DNA of 51,139 nt from Octopus bimaculoides (lineage: Eukaryota). The translations under genes and the position numbers were made by a program. Of the stretch, positions 11,080 to 24,066 are shown piece by piece. Every line of letters starts with the position of its first letter. Within the stretch, counting starts at the first letter, position 1. The stretch is from contig NC_068981.1 of NCBI RefSeq assembly GCF_001194135.2, positions 185,490,982 to 185,542,120 of the forward strand, written 5' to 3'. Under the pieces are notes generated by a model, which was not told where the DNA came from, made no database searches, and saw only the letters and a program-made list of their open reading frames with translations.

Positions 11080-11921
11080 CATGTACGTCAGGGCGTGCCT
11101 CTGAGTGCGCGCGTTTCTGCATAATACGTTAGGTGTGATAAAATCTCAGATTGGATTATTAGGAAGTATTGATACTGGAAGATCTGATGTTTACAATCAT
11201 CATGCATTCTTCCGGAATTTAGCAACAAGTTTACTTTGCTGTCATGTGGACATGAGTGGAAAATTTCCCTTTTAAAGTTTAGGTAGGTGTCAGTGCATAG
11301 TGGAGGATATNNNNNNNNNNNNNNNNNNNNNNNNNNNNNNNNNNNNNNNNNNNNNNNNNNNNNNNNNNNNNNNNNNNNNNNNNNNNNNNNNNNNNNNNNN
11401 NNNNNNNNNNNNNNNNNNNNNNNNNNNNNNNNNNNNNNNNNNNNNNNNNNNNNNNNNNNNNNNNNNNNNNNNNNNNNNNNNNNNNNNNNNNNNNNNNNNN
11501 NNNNNNNNNNNNNNNNNNNNNNNNNNNNNNNNNNNNNNNNNNNNNNNNNNNNNNNNNNNNNNNNNNNNNNNNNNNNNNNNNNNNNNNNNNNNNNNNNNNN
11601 NNNNNNNNNNNNNNNNNNNNNNNNNNNNNNNNNNNNNNNNNNNNNNNNNNNNNNNNNTTTAATAATTAAACTGTTTTTAACATTTTCTTATTATTATCAA
11701 TGAATATGTATATGTATTTTTATATTTGTATTTTAATACTTTTGTGACAAGCAGTACTTAACACAACAAAGCTTATACAAAGCTTTACATTTTACTTTTG
11801 ACAATCTTTTTCTTAAAAAGTGAAACAGGTCAAGTGAATAAACATCTTTAAAATTACATTTTCAAACCTTCTTTCATATATAGTTTTTACCTATAATTTT
11901 GGATTTTGTCCCTAATATTAT

Positions 11922-11960
<39 letters not shown>

Positions 11961-12464
11961 CATGTGCATAATATGTATATATTTTTGTGGGTGGGGGAGT
12001 CTATGTGAGTAAACGAGATTTTGAGCTCTTTGGCAGTAGTTTACACATACGAACACAGTAAATATAAGTCTATATTATGTCTGGTTATTAGAACGATGCT
12101 CTATCATTTGAATTGCAGCAGATTAGTTGATCATTGTATTATCTATGCGTATTACTGGAGTTTGTTCACTCTGACTCCTGAAGTCTATTTCCTTGGTAAC
12201 GTATTCCTGTTGATATTACTAGATGCCTGCAGTGACTTTCCCAAATACCCGCTGCCGCAATGCACTTATATAAAAGCATTGCTTTGTATTTTAAAAGATG
12301 AACGGAAAGAAATGGTTAATAGCCCGGAGGGTTCTGCAAAGATATATATCGTAGTTGTGTTTGGACGATGTAAGCTGCTGAATAACACATGTATGCATGA
12401 ATATAAGGATATCATCGTTAGTGAAAAAGAGATACGCGTGCTCATGCACGCACACGTACCATCA

Positions 12465-12518
<54 letters not shown>

Positions 12519-12618
12519 CACACACATACACACACGCGCGCGTGTATGTAACAACGCAGACATCAATAATGTTTGAAGCACAGCATTTACATTTATAAAC
12601 AAACATATATGTGTATCT

Positions 12619-12660
<42 letters not shown>

Positions 12661-12906
12661 TCTGTGTGTGTATATAAATATATATGTGCGTGTGTGTATA
12701 CATACATATATGCGCATATATATATATATCCGCGTATGTTACGAAGTCTCGTTTTCTTTTATTTCACTCACTCACATATATAGATATATACATTTACGTA
12801 TGCTTGTGTGTGCGTGTATATATATACATGCATGAATATATGCACGCACATACATACAGACAGACATACATACACACAGATACACACACACACACACACA
12901 TACACA

Positions 12907-12977
<71 letters not shown>

Positions 12978-13106
12978 GTGTGTGTGTGTATGTATGTATA
13001 TGTATGTATGTGTGTGCATATATTTATGCATATATGTCATGCATGAATATGTACATGCACGTATATTTTGAAGTATAGGTTTCACGCTCACAAAAATAAA
13101 CACATA

Positions 13107-13175
<69 letters not shown>
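12465..13175. repeat. Cluster of (CA)n, (TC)n, (TA)n and (TG)n microsatellites
   Basis: Direct inspection. Confidence 0.93.
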
Positions 13176-13742
13176 TCTCAATTCTATTTATTCATACATG
13201 TTGACATAGAGTTCCCATGAAATACAAACAAACATGATCGATCAAATATAGCATTCTAATTACTTTATTATATATTCGACTGAATCTATACCAATATACT
13301 TATATATGTTCGTATTCTGTATGAACACAGACATGTCACTATGTGTGTACAATATCTATACCACTATATATATATATATATATATATNNNNNNNNNNNNN
13401 NNNNNNNNNNNNNNNNNNNNNNNNNNNNNNNNNNNNNNNNNNNNNNNNNNNNNNNNNNNNNNNNNNNNNNNNNNNNNNNNNNNNNNNNNNNNNNNNNNNN
13501 NNNNNNNNNNNNNNNNNNNNNNNNNNNNNNNNNNNNNNNNNNNNNNNNNNNNNNNNNNNNNNNNNNNNNNNNNNNNNNNNNNNNNNNNNNNNNNNNNNNN
13601 NNNNNNNNNNNNNNNNNNNNNNNNNNNNNNNNNNNNNNNNNNNNNNNNNNNNNNNNNNNNNNNNNNNNNNNNNNNNNNNNNNNNNNNNNNNNNNNNNNNN
13701 NNNNNNNNNNNNNNNNNNNNNNNNNNNNNNNNNNNNNNNNNN

Positions 13743-13853
13743 CTAAAGTTGTTTTTTAACGTAAGCGTGCCCAAACAAGTTGAATGCTTACACAGTGTAG
13801 GTTTTACAGACACATCATCCAAACCGACCGGGTGAAACCGGGCTTAGCTGCTA

Positions 13854-13854
<1 letters not shown>
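13743..13854 (+). mobile_element. Helitron-like 3' terminus
   Basis: GC-rich hairpin CCGG-GTGAAA-CCGG (13828-13841), 9 nt, then CTAG (13851-13854) followed by T and (TA)n. The 5' part is lost in the gap 13388-13742. Confidence 0.6.
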
Positions 13855-13898
<44 letters not shown>

Positions 13899-14299
13899 GT
13901 GTATGTACGTAGATATATGTATATTTATTTATTTACATATTTGGGTATACACACGTACACACACACACGCACGCACATACATGGAGAGACTCACCCATGT
14001 AGGCATACACAAACACGCATTTATGTTCAGAAGTACGCGCTATAACTACAGTTAAGCGACGGTAAACATACATTTACTGACGTTCAGATGTAGTTATATT
14101 TACATTAATTCACCACATATTTCAATAAAAAGTTCGGTTCCATTGAAATTAGGCTTCAACTAAATCCACCGCAAATAAGACTTATCTTTGAGAAAAGCTA
14201 TAAACCGAATACTTTGTCTTTGATGTTACAATACACAAGTTTTATTAGAACTAGCAAGTCGCCTATTACCTTCAGACCCAGCACGATGGTCTCTCACCA

Positions 14300-14720
14300 A
14301 GGCGGCGAGCTGGCAGAAACGTCATCACGCCGGCGAAATGCTTAGCGGTATTTCGTCTATCTTAACGTTCTCGCCGAGGTGGACTTTGCCTTTCATCCTT
14401 TTGGGATCGATAGATTAAGTACCAGTTACACACTGGTATCGATGTAATCGATTTGATCCCTTTGTCTGTCCGTGTTTGTCCTCTCTATGTTTAGCCCCTT
14501 GTGGGCAATAAAGAAATAAGAAACGTTAGCACGCCGGGCACAATGCTTAGCGGTATTTCGTCTGTCTTTACGTTTTGAGTTCAAATTCCACCGAGGTCGA
14601 CTTTGCCTTTCATCCTTTCGGGGTCGATAAATTAAGTACAAGTTGCTTACTGGGATCGATCTAATCGACTGGCCCCATCCTCCCACAATTTTGGGCCTTG
14701 TCCCCAGAGTAGAAAAGGAT
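14300..14720 (+). mobile_element. SINE S1 heterodimer: tail-c monomer (14300-14519) plus headless tail-a monomer (14520-14720)
   Basis: One TSD pair, GATGGTCTCTCACCA (14285-14299) and GATGTTCTCTCACCA (14718-14732), encloses both monomers. Confidence 0.9.
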
Positions 14721-15157
14721 GTTCTCTCACCATTATTCGTCATCCTTTCTGCTTCGAAATTTTCCATTTTTTCTTATAAATGATCTTGACATTCCTTTAT
14801 TTTACATAAAACATTGTTTATATTCTACTGTTGATTTATTGCCATTTATTTACGAGTATTATAAATTTTGGAAGTAAAATATATTTCTGGGAATGAATTA
14901 CGATTTATAACATTGTTATTATGGGAAATTATTGCTCTACTTTTACGAGTTATCGCTTTACGATCCGTCTCGGGAACAAATTAACTCGTATATCAAGGCA
15001 TTAATGTACTACAGAAATCATAACTAGTCGCTTCATTGTTGGCAAAGTCCACAAATGCAATGCTCTTACATTTCACATCAGGTAAGTCTTTTTCACACTT
15101 GTCTGTCATTGGAAATTCGCGGCAAGTAAAATCTTTTTTCAATATAGGAATATCGAA

Positions 15158-15588
15158 CTGGCGGCGAGCTGGCAGAATCGTTAGCGAGCGAAATGCTTAG
15201 CAGTATTACGTCTGTCTTTACCTTCTGCTTTCAAATTCCGCCGACGTCGACTTTGCCTTTCATCCTTTCGGGGTCGATAAATTAAGTACCAGTTGTGTAC
15301 TGGGGTCGATCTAAACGACTGGCCCGCTCCCCAAAATTTTGGGCCTTGTGCCGAGAGTAGAAGAGAATCAGAAGCACGCCGGGCGAAATGCTTACGGTAT
15401 TTTGTCTGCCGTTACTTTCAGAGTTCAAATTCCGCCGAGGTTGACTTTGCCTTTCATCCGTTTTGTGGTCGATTAAACAAGTACCAGTTACGCAGTGGGT
15501 CAATGTAATCGACTTAATCCCTTTGTTTGTCCTTGTTTGTTCCCTATATGTTTAGCCCTCCCCCCCTGTGGGCAATAAAGAAATAAAT
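15158..15588 (+). mobile_element. SINE S1 heterodimer: tail-a monomer (15158-15368) plus headless tail-c monomer (about 15369-15588)
   Basis: One TSD pair, AATATAGGAATATCGAA (15141-15157) and AATATAGGTATATCAAA (15586-15602), encloses both monomers. Confidence 0.88.
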
Positions 15589-17784
15589 ATAGGTATATCA
15601 AAGCTAATACTAGTTGTCTTATATGTTGTTCACTTTTCCTTTTGTACGCTAACAACTTACTTGAAATTCCGTTGAACCGTTTATTCTTTTGCATAGTTAC
15701 TTATTCTTTTCCTCATTTTTCAGAGAAAAATGTTACTACAAAATTATTGTAACTATTAGTAAAACAAAATATTAAACCCTGTTAAATAAAGACAGATTTC
15801 TGTATTCATCACACAAATGACATGTAATATTTTTATGATATTTACTATTTCCACCACATATATTTATAGACATAACTATATAATTATCGTGTTGATTCGT
15901 AATGTTATTGAGTAGAGGACTTCAAGATAAGAACTTAGATAAGGTAGCCAGTTAAATGCTTCATTCATAAAATAAATAATTAATACTCGTTTTAAAATCA
16001 ATTACGGGGACGTTTTTTAACTAAATTCTTAGATCGTTGAGAAATAATCCTACTTCTGGATATGTAACTGGTATAATGCAATTCTCCTTTGCGTGTGGTT
16101 TGAAACCTTTCAAATGAAATCAGCTGTTTAACGAGAGAAGCGCATGAGGTAATTAGTTGTGACCAAAAAATAACATGAATACGTAATGATAAGAGCTGTA
16201 CTGTGCCTGATACGTTACTAATACGAAGTCAGGCATGATACATAATACGTTCAATCATAACTATATACAGTGTCTCTTAAAATCCTCCGAAGTATCCTAG
16301 AATTTGCATATTTTGTTTTCAGTCCTTTTTGACATGCATATGAAGTAATTCTTTCCGTAATCATATATTTCATTTTTTTTTAGTGGGTCTTGTTATTCTT
16401 AAAGTAGCAGGAAGTTATAATCGTATATAGATAGTCATATTGATTAGGTTTTACTTATTTACTTCTGTTTTATAGATTGAATTTTCTTTGTGTATGCTCT
16501 AAGTCGTATATGCTTCATATATGGGAGGTACAAACAAAAGCTGTCTTTCTAAGCAAAGTTATGAGAAAAGCTGTTTTAACTACAATGTCTAGAAAATAAT
16601 ATCGCTATCAAGAACCTTAATAAATTCGGTACCATTAATTTAATCAATAGACAGAATCTTCGATACCAAGCAATCACAAGGATATTATGGCGAAGCAGTC
16701 AACCGATGTGTTTTCTAATTTCTTATTGGTATATTTCGCCAGTGGGCCTTATATTAATCTTTATCTGGTAATAGTATGGACAAAAGAAATTAAAGAAATA
16801 TTGTGCTCATAATATGAACGAAAATATTCATAATAAAAAAAAACTTGTGTTCAAACGCATCAATGTTTTTCCATTAGCTGTGTGATATTTTATGAAGACA
16901 CGGAGAGTAATTATAAACAGCCATCGGGATTACGTTTCACAAACCATCTCAGTTTTTCTTTATATATTGCGTGATAAAATTGTTTGTCTAATTAAAGCCG
17001 AAAGCATACAAATTTCGTGGCTAATACGCTAAAACTTTCAAACGAAATAGTCAAAATGCCGAAAAGTGTTACCTTTCAAGAAATACAATAAAGTTATATA
17101 AAAACGCAGTACTTGCTTCAATCTATTTTTGTTTCATTCATTAACATTAATATTAAATTTTAAAATTTCCTTGAAGTAATTTTGTTTTATTTAAGATCGC
17201 GAAAGAGATTGCAATAGCACAGTCTAGTTAATCAATATAGTTAATACAGTATAGTATTCTGTAGTATTGTATAATATAGTTAGTCAATGATAGCTTACTA
17301 CCTACCGTTTAATACTTCACGGTGGATAATTAACTGCAGACACAGTCATATTTCTTACTGATACATCAGGATAATCGTTGTGAATTTATGAATAACGTGA
17401 GTAGTGAACAGTAACGTATTAGCTACTCTAAAACATACATACATTTATAATTTGATGATAAAATTTCGTGCCAGAACTGTATCATGGTCACATTCCACCA
17501 CAACTGGTGTGAGTGTAGGCTTTGTGTCAATATATCTTGGCTTCAGTTTTTAAATAGGGTTGTGTTCTTGTTTATATAGGGCAGACATTCTCGTTGCCAT
17601 CGTCTGGGATTCAGTTGGTGTTTAGTTTTAATTCATATACATTTTCGTCTTACCTTCAGTGGAGGATTTTTTTGTTTGGCATTGTATGGTATAGCAAATT
17701 AAGGATTTCAAACAAGAGAATCTGTCAATCTACGACCACAGAATATGGACTATAATGAGAAAGTTTGACACAGTCTCTATAAGG

Positions 17785-17786
<2 letters not shown>

Positions 17787-17883
<97 letters not shown>
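17787..17883. repeat. (TTA)n(TTG)n microsatellite
   Basis: Direct inspection. Confidence 0.97.
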
Positions 17884-17884
17884 A

Positions 17885-17967
17885 AGGCGGCGAGCAGGCA
17901 GAATCGATAGCATGCCGGATGAAATGCTGAACGTTATTTGGTTTATCATTACGTTCTGAGTTCAAAT
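17885..17967 (+). mobile_element. SINE S1 head only, truncated just after the B-box
   Basis: AGGCGGCGAGCAGGCAGAATCG...GTTCTGAGTTCAAAT, then an abrupt switch to unrelated sequence. Confidence 0.8.
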
Positions 17968-18117
17968 GGATAAGGTTAAACAACTGACAAGGAAATCTGT
18001 GGTATCGAGCAGAATATTTGCTATAGCCCATCTTTAATATCAAGACAAAACAATGTACATGATAACACTTCCAATCAGTTGAGAAGCCATGAAAGCTACT
18101 ACCCGGTACTGCATATT
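17968..18117 (-). mobile_element. Fragment of another interspersed repeat
   Basis: There is a sharp junction with the S1 head. The reverse complement (ATGCAGTACCGGGTAGTAGCTTTCATGGCTTC...GATTGGAAGTGTTATCATGTACATTG) resembles a repeat I recall from octopus (unverified). Confidence 0.4.
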
Positions 18118-18317
<200 letters not shown>

Positions 18318-19399
18318 TGCCTTTGCATAGCTTCGAGTGCTGGATATGTACTACGGTGTCAGCTGTTCACTACCAGTGAACTAAGGTAACACCTCTTATC
18401 TTTCGAGCACCTTCCGGAGTATTCGAGTTGTTCCGAGCATTGCTGTTTTCTGCAAGTGCTCCACCCTTATTGCAGCACCTATTTGTTCCACGTACTTCTC
18501 GAGATTATTTCTCACTGTTCTCAGGGTTCCGAAAATTATTGGTACTACTGCTACCTTTTTCATCGACCACAACTGCTTAACTTCCCAAGCTAATCTATCA
18601 TATGTCTCGACTTTTCTTTCTTCCTTATCGCATACCTTGTTATCAGCTGGGCATGCTATATCTATGATCCAGCATAGTTAGTTTTCTTTCTCAATTAAGA
18701 CTATGTCCAGCTTCCTATTCCCTGTCTCATGGTCGCACTGAATTATAACATCCCATAGGATCCTTGCATTTCTATTTTCGACGATGCCTTCAGGTTTGTG
18801 GTCGTTCCAATATTTTGCTATGCCAAGTCCATACTTGCTGCAAAGTGTCCAATGTACAAGCCTTGCTATATTGTCGTGGCGTCTTTTATATTCCTTCTGG
18901 GCTAGTGACACATTGGCTGGTAATATGCCATACATTTTCACCGTTTTGTCCACAGATTCTGCACTTACCACTTTCTGTTGTGTTGTATATTCTGTATTTC
19001 ATGTAGTTTGTTCTTAGTGCTTGCTCTTGGGCAGCACAGATTAGAGCCTTCGTTTCCGGTTTTAAATCACTTTTAGTTATCCACAGCCATCTTCTTCTCT
19101 GCCTGTCTTATCTTCAACATCCCTATGAAATTAACCATGCATTCTTTTTTTTACCCACCTATTTTCAGTTTCATTCGTTTTCAATTTCTTGTATAGTGCT
19201 TTATCTTTACAATCTTTCATCCTACACAAGCTTGACCTTCTTACTTCTAATAATAACGGTTCTGTGGCATTTTTTACACATCGTTCTATGTTGTTTTATA
19301 CTGCTCTAATGCTGTGTTCGCATCCAATAAGTCCTCTTCCCTTCTATTTCTTGGTACATACAGTCTGTCTTTGTCACCTTTTGGGTGGAGTGACCCTTT
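18318..19399 (-). mobile_element. R4/Dong-like RLE non-LTR retrotransposon, 5'-truncated and decayed, family 2
   Basis: Contains LHPKGDKDRLYVPRN (RT C-terminus), a CCHC knuckle CRICGQNGENVWHITSQC (18963-18910), KRRHDN, KLDIVLIEKEN*LCWIIDIACPAD..E.K..Y..L and PIIFGTL...GTTRILRKVLER* (stop 18396-18398). It has frameshifts and stops, and (TAA)n on both sides. Confidence 0.93.
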
Positions 19400-19410
19400 T
19401 ATTATTACTA

Positions 19411-19481
<71 letters not shown>

Positions 19482-19495
19482 ATTATTATTATTTC
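19400..19495. repeat. (ATT)n microsatellite at the 5' flank of the Dong-like element
   Basis: Direct inspection. Confidence 0.97.
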
Positions 19496-19719
19496 GTTAG
19501 TGCATGTTAATTTGGATAATAGATATTACTCCTGAAATCTCAAGAATCGTTTTCTTTTATTCGTGCAGAATGTAGAATGGAACTATTCTGTAGGTTGACA
19601 ATGCGACTTTCAACTCAAATCTCTGTCTGTCTTTTAGGGAGTATTTTGGGTGATGTACCACGCGCGCCAATTACTTACACGACTAATTATTGTCTTGGAC
19701 GTCCATTGTCTCTTCAGCT

Positions 19720-19799
19720 AGCAGTAGTAGTAGTTGTTGTGGCAGCAACAGCAGTAGCAGTAGTAGTAATAGTAGTAGTAGCAGCAGCAGCAGCAGCAA

Positions 19800-19850
<51 letters not shown>

Positions 19851-19910
19851 CAGTAGTAGTAGTAGTAGTAGCAGCATCAGCAGTAGTAGTAGTAGTTGTT
19901 GTGGTAGTAG
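19720..19910. repeat. (AGT)n/(AGC)n trinucleotide repeat
   Basis: Direct inspection. Confidence 0.95.
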
Positions 19911-20208
19911 GAATATAAGTGGTAATGTACTGAAGTTTAGAGTCTGGAAGATAAATGTGTGATTAAACTCATATTTAATTTCGCAATCAGATATTATTGT
20001 CTAATTTTTCAAATATATCAATCTCCGGTGCAAAATATCTATTGATTAATGATATTAATATTGATATAAAAACTTCCAGTCTTTTATGATTTAATATAAC
20101 TGTGACATTAACTGATTTTAATAACTTGATAAACCGGTTGGCAAAGACCAGCTTTAGTTTACTGGGTCGAGAACCAAATGTCAGAAATATATAATATTTG
20201 ATCTACAC

Positions 20209-20585
20209 TTCTTTCAGTTATTGGACAAAAACCACGTTGTGTCACCACCCTGAAGCGTTTTAGCGAATGATATAGAAACTGGCGAATATTTTTATACCTG
20301 GTACTTATCTTTATTCCGCTATTTATCGAATAGCATGTCTAATTACTTTAAGGGCCCACAGAGACACCATTTTTTTTCAAGTGTTTTCCAAATGAAGACA
20401 CATATGGAGACAGAGTCATAAACACACATATATACACATACGTATACACATACATATACACATACGTATCCATACTCCCGGACGTTTTCTGGTTTTCATT
20501 TTCATTCATAAGGTCAGAACAAAGCAAATGTAGAAGGCATTTATTCAAGATACCACGTAGGTGAACTCGAACACGAAACAATGCG
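20209..20585 (-). mobile_element. SINE S2, old degraded copy
   Basis: Tail 20209-20345 and head 20520-20585 align by eye to the reverse complement of 9445-9838, with the internal microsatellite between them. Confidence 0.6.
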
Positions 20586-22347
20586 ATGACAAACTGAATT
20601 TAGGTATGATATAGCCATTTCTGCGCTTAGAGTTAAAATTCATTGATGAAACTGACACGAAAATCTTCTCAGTCAAGTTCCTAACACAATGGTGTTTACG
20701 ACTAAAACATCAAATGTATTATTTTCATGGAAGATATAAGCAAAATACGGCTATGAGGAAAGTTAGGAAATTGATATGTTGAAAAGAGAGAAACATAATT
20801 ATTGCTGACATAGAGAGAATTATAATAATTACAATACAGTATTGGATGTAACATTGTTGAATAAACAAAAAAGTAAAAGCTTAGTTATATATCGATACGG
20901 GCAAAATTTAAATCTTGAAATATGTCAAATCGTCTGCTACTCTTCGGCAGTACTTTGAAGAAAGTTTGCATCCATTGACAGTTCTTTTGATGACATAAGT
21001 TTATATTCGAAATAATGTGATAAGAAAATAATTACAGCCATGATGTATTCACTCAGAGAGCTTTTGGCCTGATTTTATCTGTTTCAGTTGGTATTGTTAT
21101 TATTGATATCATTACTATTATTATTATTATCATTATTATTATATGTTCATTTTGACAGTGTGTTTAAATTGAATCTCCTATCAAACAAGCTTAGGGAAAT
21201 TATCTTCATTTATTTATTACTTGTGAGCAATTGTTATATTGTGGAATTCGACACGTTCTTCCCTAATTACGTTTGCCGATCCTTCTAGTTGTAAAGTATT
21301 ACCAAAATAAATTACCATTATACAAGCCTTATTTCCATGCAACTTATAATTCTCCAAAATCTGAACTGTTTTCATATACCATTGATAATATTTTCGTTGG
21401 CTTAATTACTTTGACTGAAAATTATCAAATTTAAAAGTGAATAGTCATTATCTATTTCCATCAGTACTTGGCATAAATTCAATAATAGAGAGGAAAAAAA
21501 GGAGATTTCCATTTTCCTATTATGCACTAAGCTGGTAAGAGTGAGTTGCAATATTCTTGATTCATTACACAAATCATTAGCACATTAAGTATTCTTCATC
21601 GGTTGCTATTTCGTTGTTCACATCGCTAACTCTATTCTCAAAGTCAATTGAATCTCAAGAGCTTAACGAACACTTCACTTGCCATATTCTATATAAGCTA
21701 ATGCAAGCTGATGACTGATCAGCGGACTAATTCTTTGTGAAGCCCGCCCTCTTTGTATCAATCTTAATCGTGGGAATAATAGATACATGTTTCTTCGAGT
21801 GGCAATGTACTGTTGTATAGTTTACAGAGCAATAAATGCAACCGAGACAGACATGGTCGTTTCTGAAATAAAAATGATACAGTGGGAATTTAAGAAATAA
21901 CTAATTCCCGAAGATTGAGACTGAGATGATAAACTCTAAACTGAAGCAATAGTAATCAGTAACTGCAGTTGCAGATTATCGAGATGTTGTCATTTCTTCG
22001 ATATCTGTCCTAGAGGATAAGAAAACTTTAACCCCTCCTTATATATATATATTGATCAAAATATACTGCTTTAAACTTATTTTGTCGAAATTAACAGGGT
22101 ATAAATCTAAAATAATCCATACGAAACAACACTGTTACTTTTGTGTATTAAGTCCAATAGTTAACCAAATGGTAGGATGTAGTTAAAAAAAACATAAGAG
22201 ATAAACATTCTAGAAAATTGTTGGAAATAATTGTTTTAATGCTGTTGCAGGTTATGGCTTCAAATGTCTTCCAGGATTTCTATTTATAATTTGCTTATAG
22301 AATCAATGTTATTCATAAATTGTATTGGATATTATAACTGTACTCAC

Positions 22348-22464
22348 CCAAGAGAAGAATAAATGTCTCAGAAAAGAACTTATAGAAGCGTCAGTTTCTT
22401 CTGGTATCACCGAAGAACAACTCACATAGTTATGAAAATTCAATGGCATAATCCCTTGTAGTAG
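22348..22464 (-). other. Candidate internal exon of an unidentified host gene (117 nt, open in phase 0)
   Basis: A ~50-nt polypyrimidine tract ends in CTCAG, the frame [39 protein letters not shown] is open, and the donor is TGG/GTGAGT. No confirmed homology. Confidence 0.3.
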
Positions 22465-22580
22465 CTGAGGGGATAAGGACAAAGGGAAAAAAGAGAACGG
22501 AAAAAAGAAATATAAACGAGACATCGACTGTTGAAATGGATTTAGTTATCGGATATTTTATTGACAGAAGGTATATGTGC

Positions 22581-22582
<2 letters not shown>

Positions 22583-22661
<79 letters not shown>

Positions 22662-22704
22662 TGTGTGTATATGTATATGTACATATATATACATATAAAT
22701 ATAC

Positions 22705-22735
<31 letters not shown>

Positions 22736-22750
22736 CATACGCATATACAT
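22583..22750. repeat. (TA)n/(TG)n microsatellite
   Basis: Direct inspection. Confidence 0.97.
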
Positions 22751-22757
22751 ACACATA

Positions 22758-24035
22758 TAGAGCCTGCGATAGATAAGTTGTTACCATCTTATAGTTTTAA
22801 ATTCGCGCATGCGCACTGTTTTTCTTCAAATTTATCGACTACATAGTATGGTACGATCATTTGGGTACCGTCTGTGAGAAAAAACAGCAGCATGACGCAT
22901 TTCAGTCTGCCAGAAATTTGGGAACGACATGCTGTATTGCTTGGCATTTGCGCCGGAATCTCCAGTACAAACATTTCAGAATGTGTGGGTGTCAATCTAA
23001 GGAGAGTGCAGAGGACTCGGAAAGAGTTGGATAAGTCTAATGGTGATTTCGAAGGGAAGGCAGCTCAGAAAACTCACTCTGATGATTCTGATAAGAAAAG
23101 AATTCTTGAATTTGTTGGTGAGATCCACGCCATGATTGACAACGATCCCTCCAAGTCAATCAGATCCAGCGCCAGGGACATGGGAGGGCCTGAGTTCCTT
23201 ATCAGGCAGGTAATGCATGAAGACATTTGGTATTGCTTATACAAGATGGGAAAGGACCAATTTTTACACAAAGCTATCGAGGACTGGAGGAAAGACCGCG
23301 CGACAAAGTTTTTGAACAAACTCAAGCATACCCTCCAACCAAATAATTTCTGCTAGGATCAGATGGTGAACACACACAACAACCGTTGACTTGGAGTGAC
23401 CCCAAAACATGTATCGAGAGTGATAAAATTCAAACATCCAGTCAAAATCATGGTGTTTGAAGTGATCACTAGCGATGGCGACGTTATACCTTCATTGATT
23501 ATTCCTCACGGCCTTAGTCTCATCACGGAGGCCTACATCAAGTGCTTAAAGGAGGAAGTGCTGCCCTGGGACAAGAGGGTAGCTGTTGGAAGAACCTATG
23601 TCTGGCAACAGGAGTCTGGGCTATGCTACACAAGCCGGTGAACCTAGTCATGGCTGTCAGACAATTTCTGCGACATCATCACCCCTAACATCTGGTCACC
23701 TAATCTCCCAGACTGCAAAACCCTTAATTATTATGTGTGGTGTGCAGTTGTGCGGGAGACTAACAAAACTCCTTATAACACCAAAGCCGAACTGAATGCA
23801 AGGATTATGTCAGTATTGACCAAATTAAACAAGGAGACCGCCCAGAAGAGTTGCAGAAGATTCTGAAGTCGTCTGGAGGTCGTAGTTGAAGCAAATGACG
23901 ATTTTATTGAATAAAATTACTCTTTAGTATTTCAAAATATTTTAATGTAATTTTGGCAAACATACCTGGTAAAATAATATGTGTTATTTTCATTTTTGCG
24001 TTGTTTATACGACAACTTATTCACTGCACCCTCTC
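22758..24035 (+). mobile_element. maT-type (DD37D) Tc1/mariner transposon, decayed
   Basis: Degenerate ~24-bp TIRs (22758-22781 and 24012-24035) both end in ATAAGTTGT. The element is about 1.28 kb with a transposase remnant inside. Confidence 0.85.
22892..23914 (+). pseudogene. maT/DD37D transposase pseudogene
   Basis: Contains KHPVKIMVFEVITSDG, YVWQQE(for QQD) and IWSPNLPDCKTLNYYVW(for WPPNSPDxNPLDY), with 37 residues between the 2nd and 3rd catalytic positions. The first-D segment is deleted near 23340 and there are several stops. Confidence 0.85.
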
Positions 24036-24066
24036 TCATTCAATAATAATAATAATAATAATAATA

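Noticed and set aside
12021-12551. 176-aa ORF with Cys-containing stretch DACSDFPKYPLPQC, and an ShK-like CKDIYRSCVW in another frame
   Set aside because: There is no complete domain cysteine pattern, the ORF runs into (CA)n, and the acceptors are weak.
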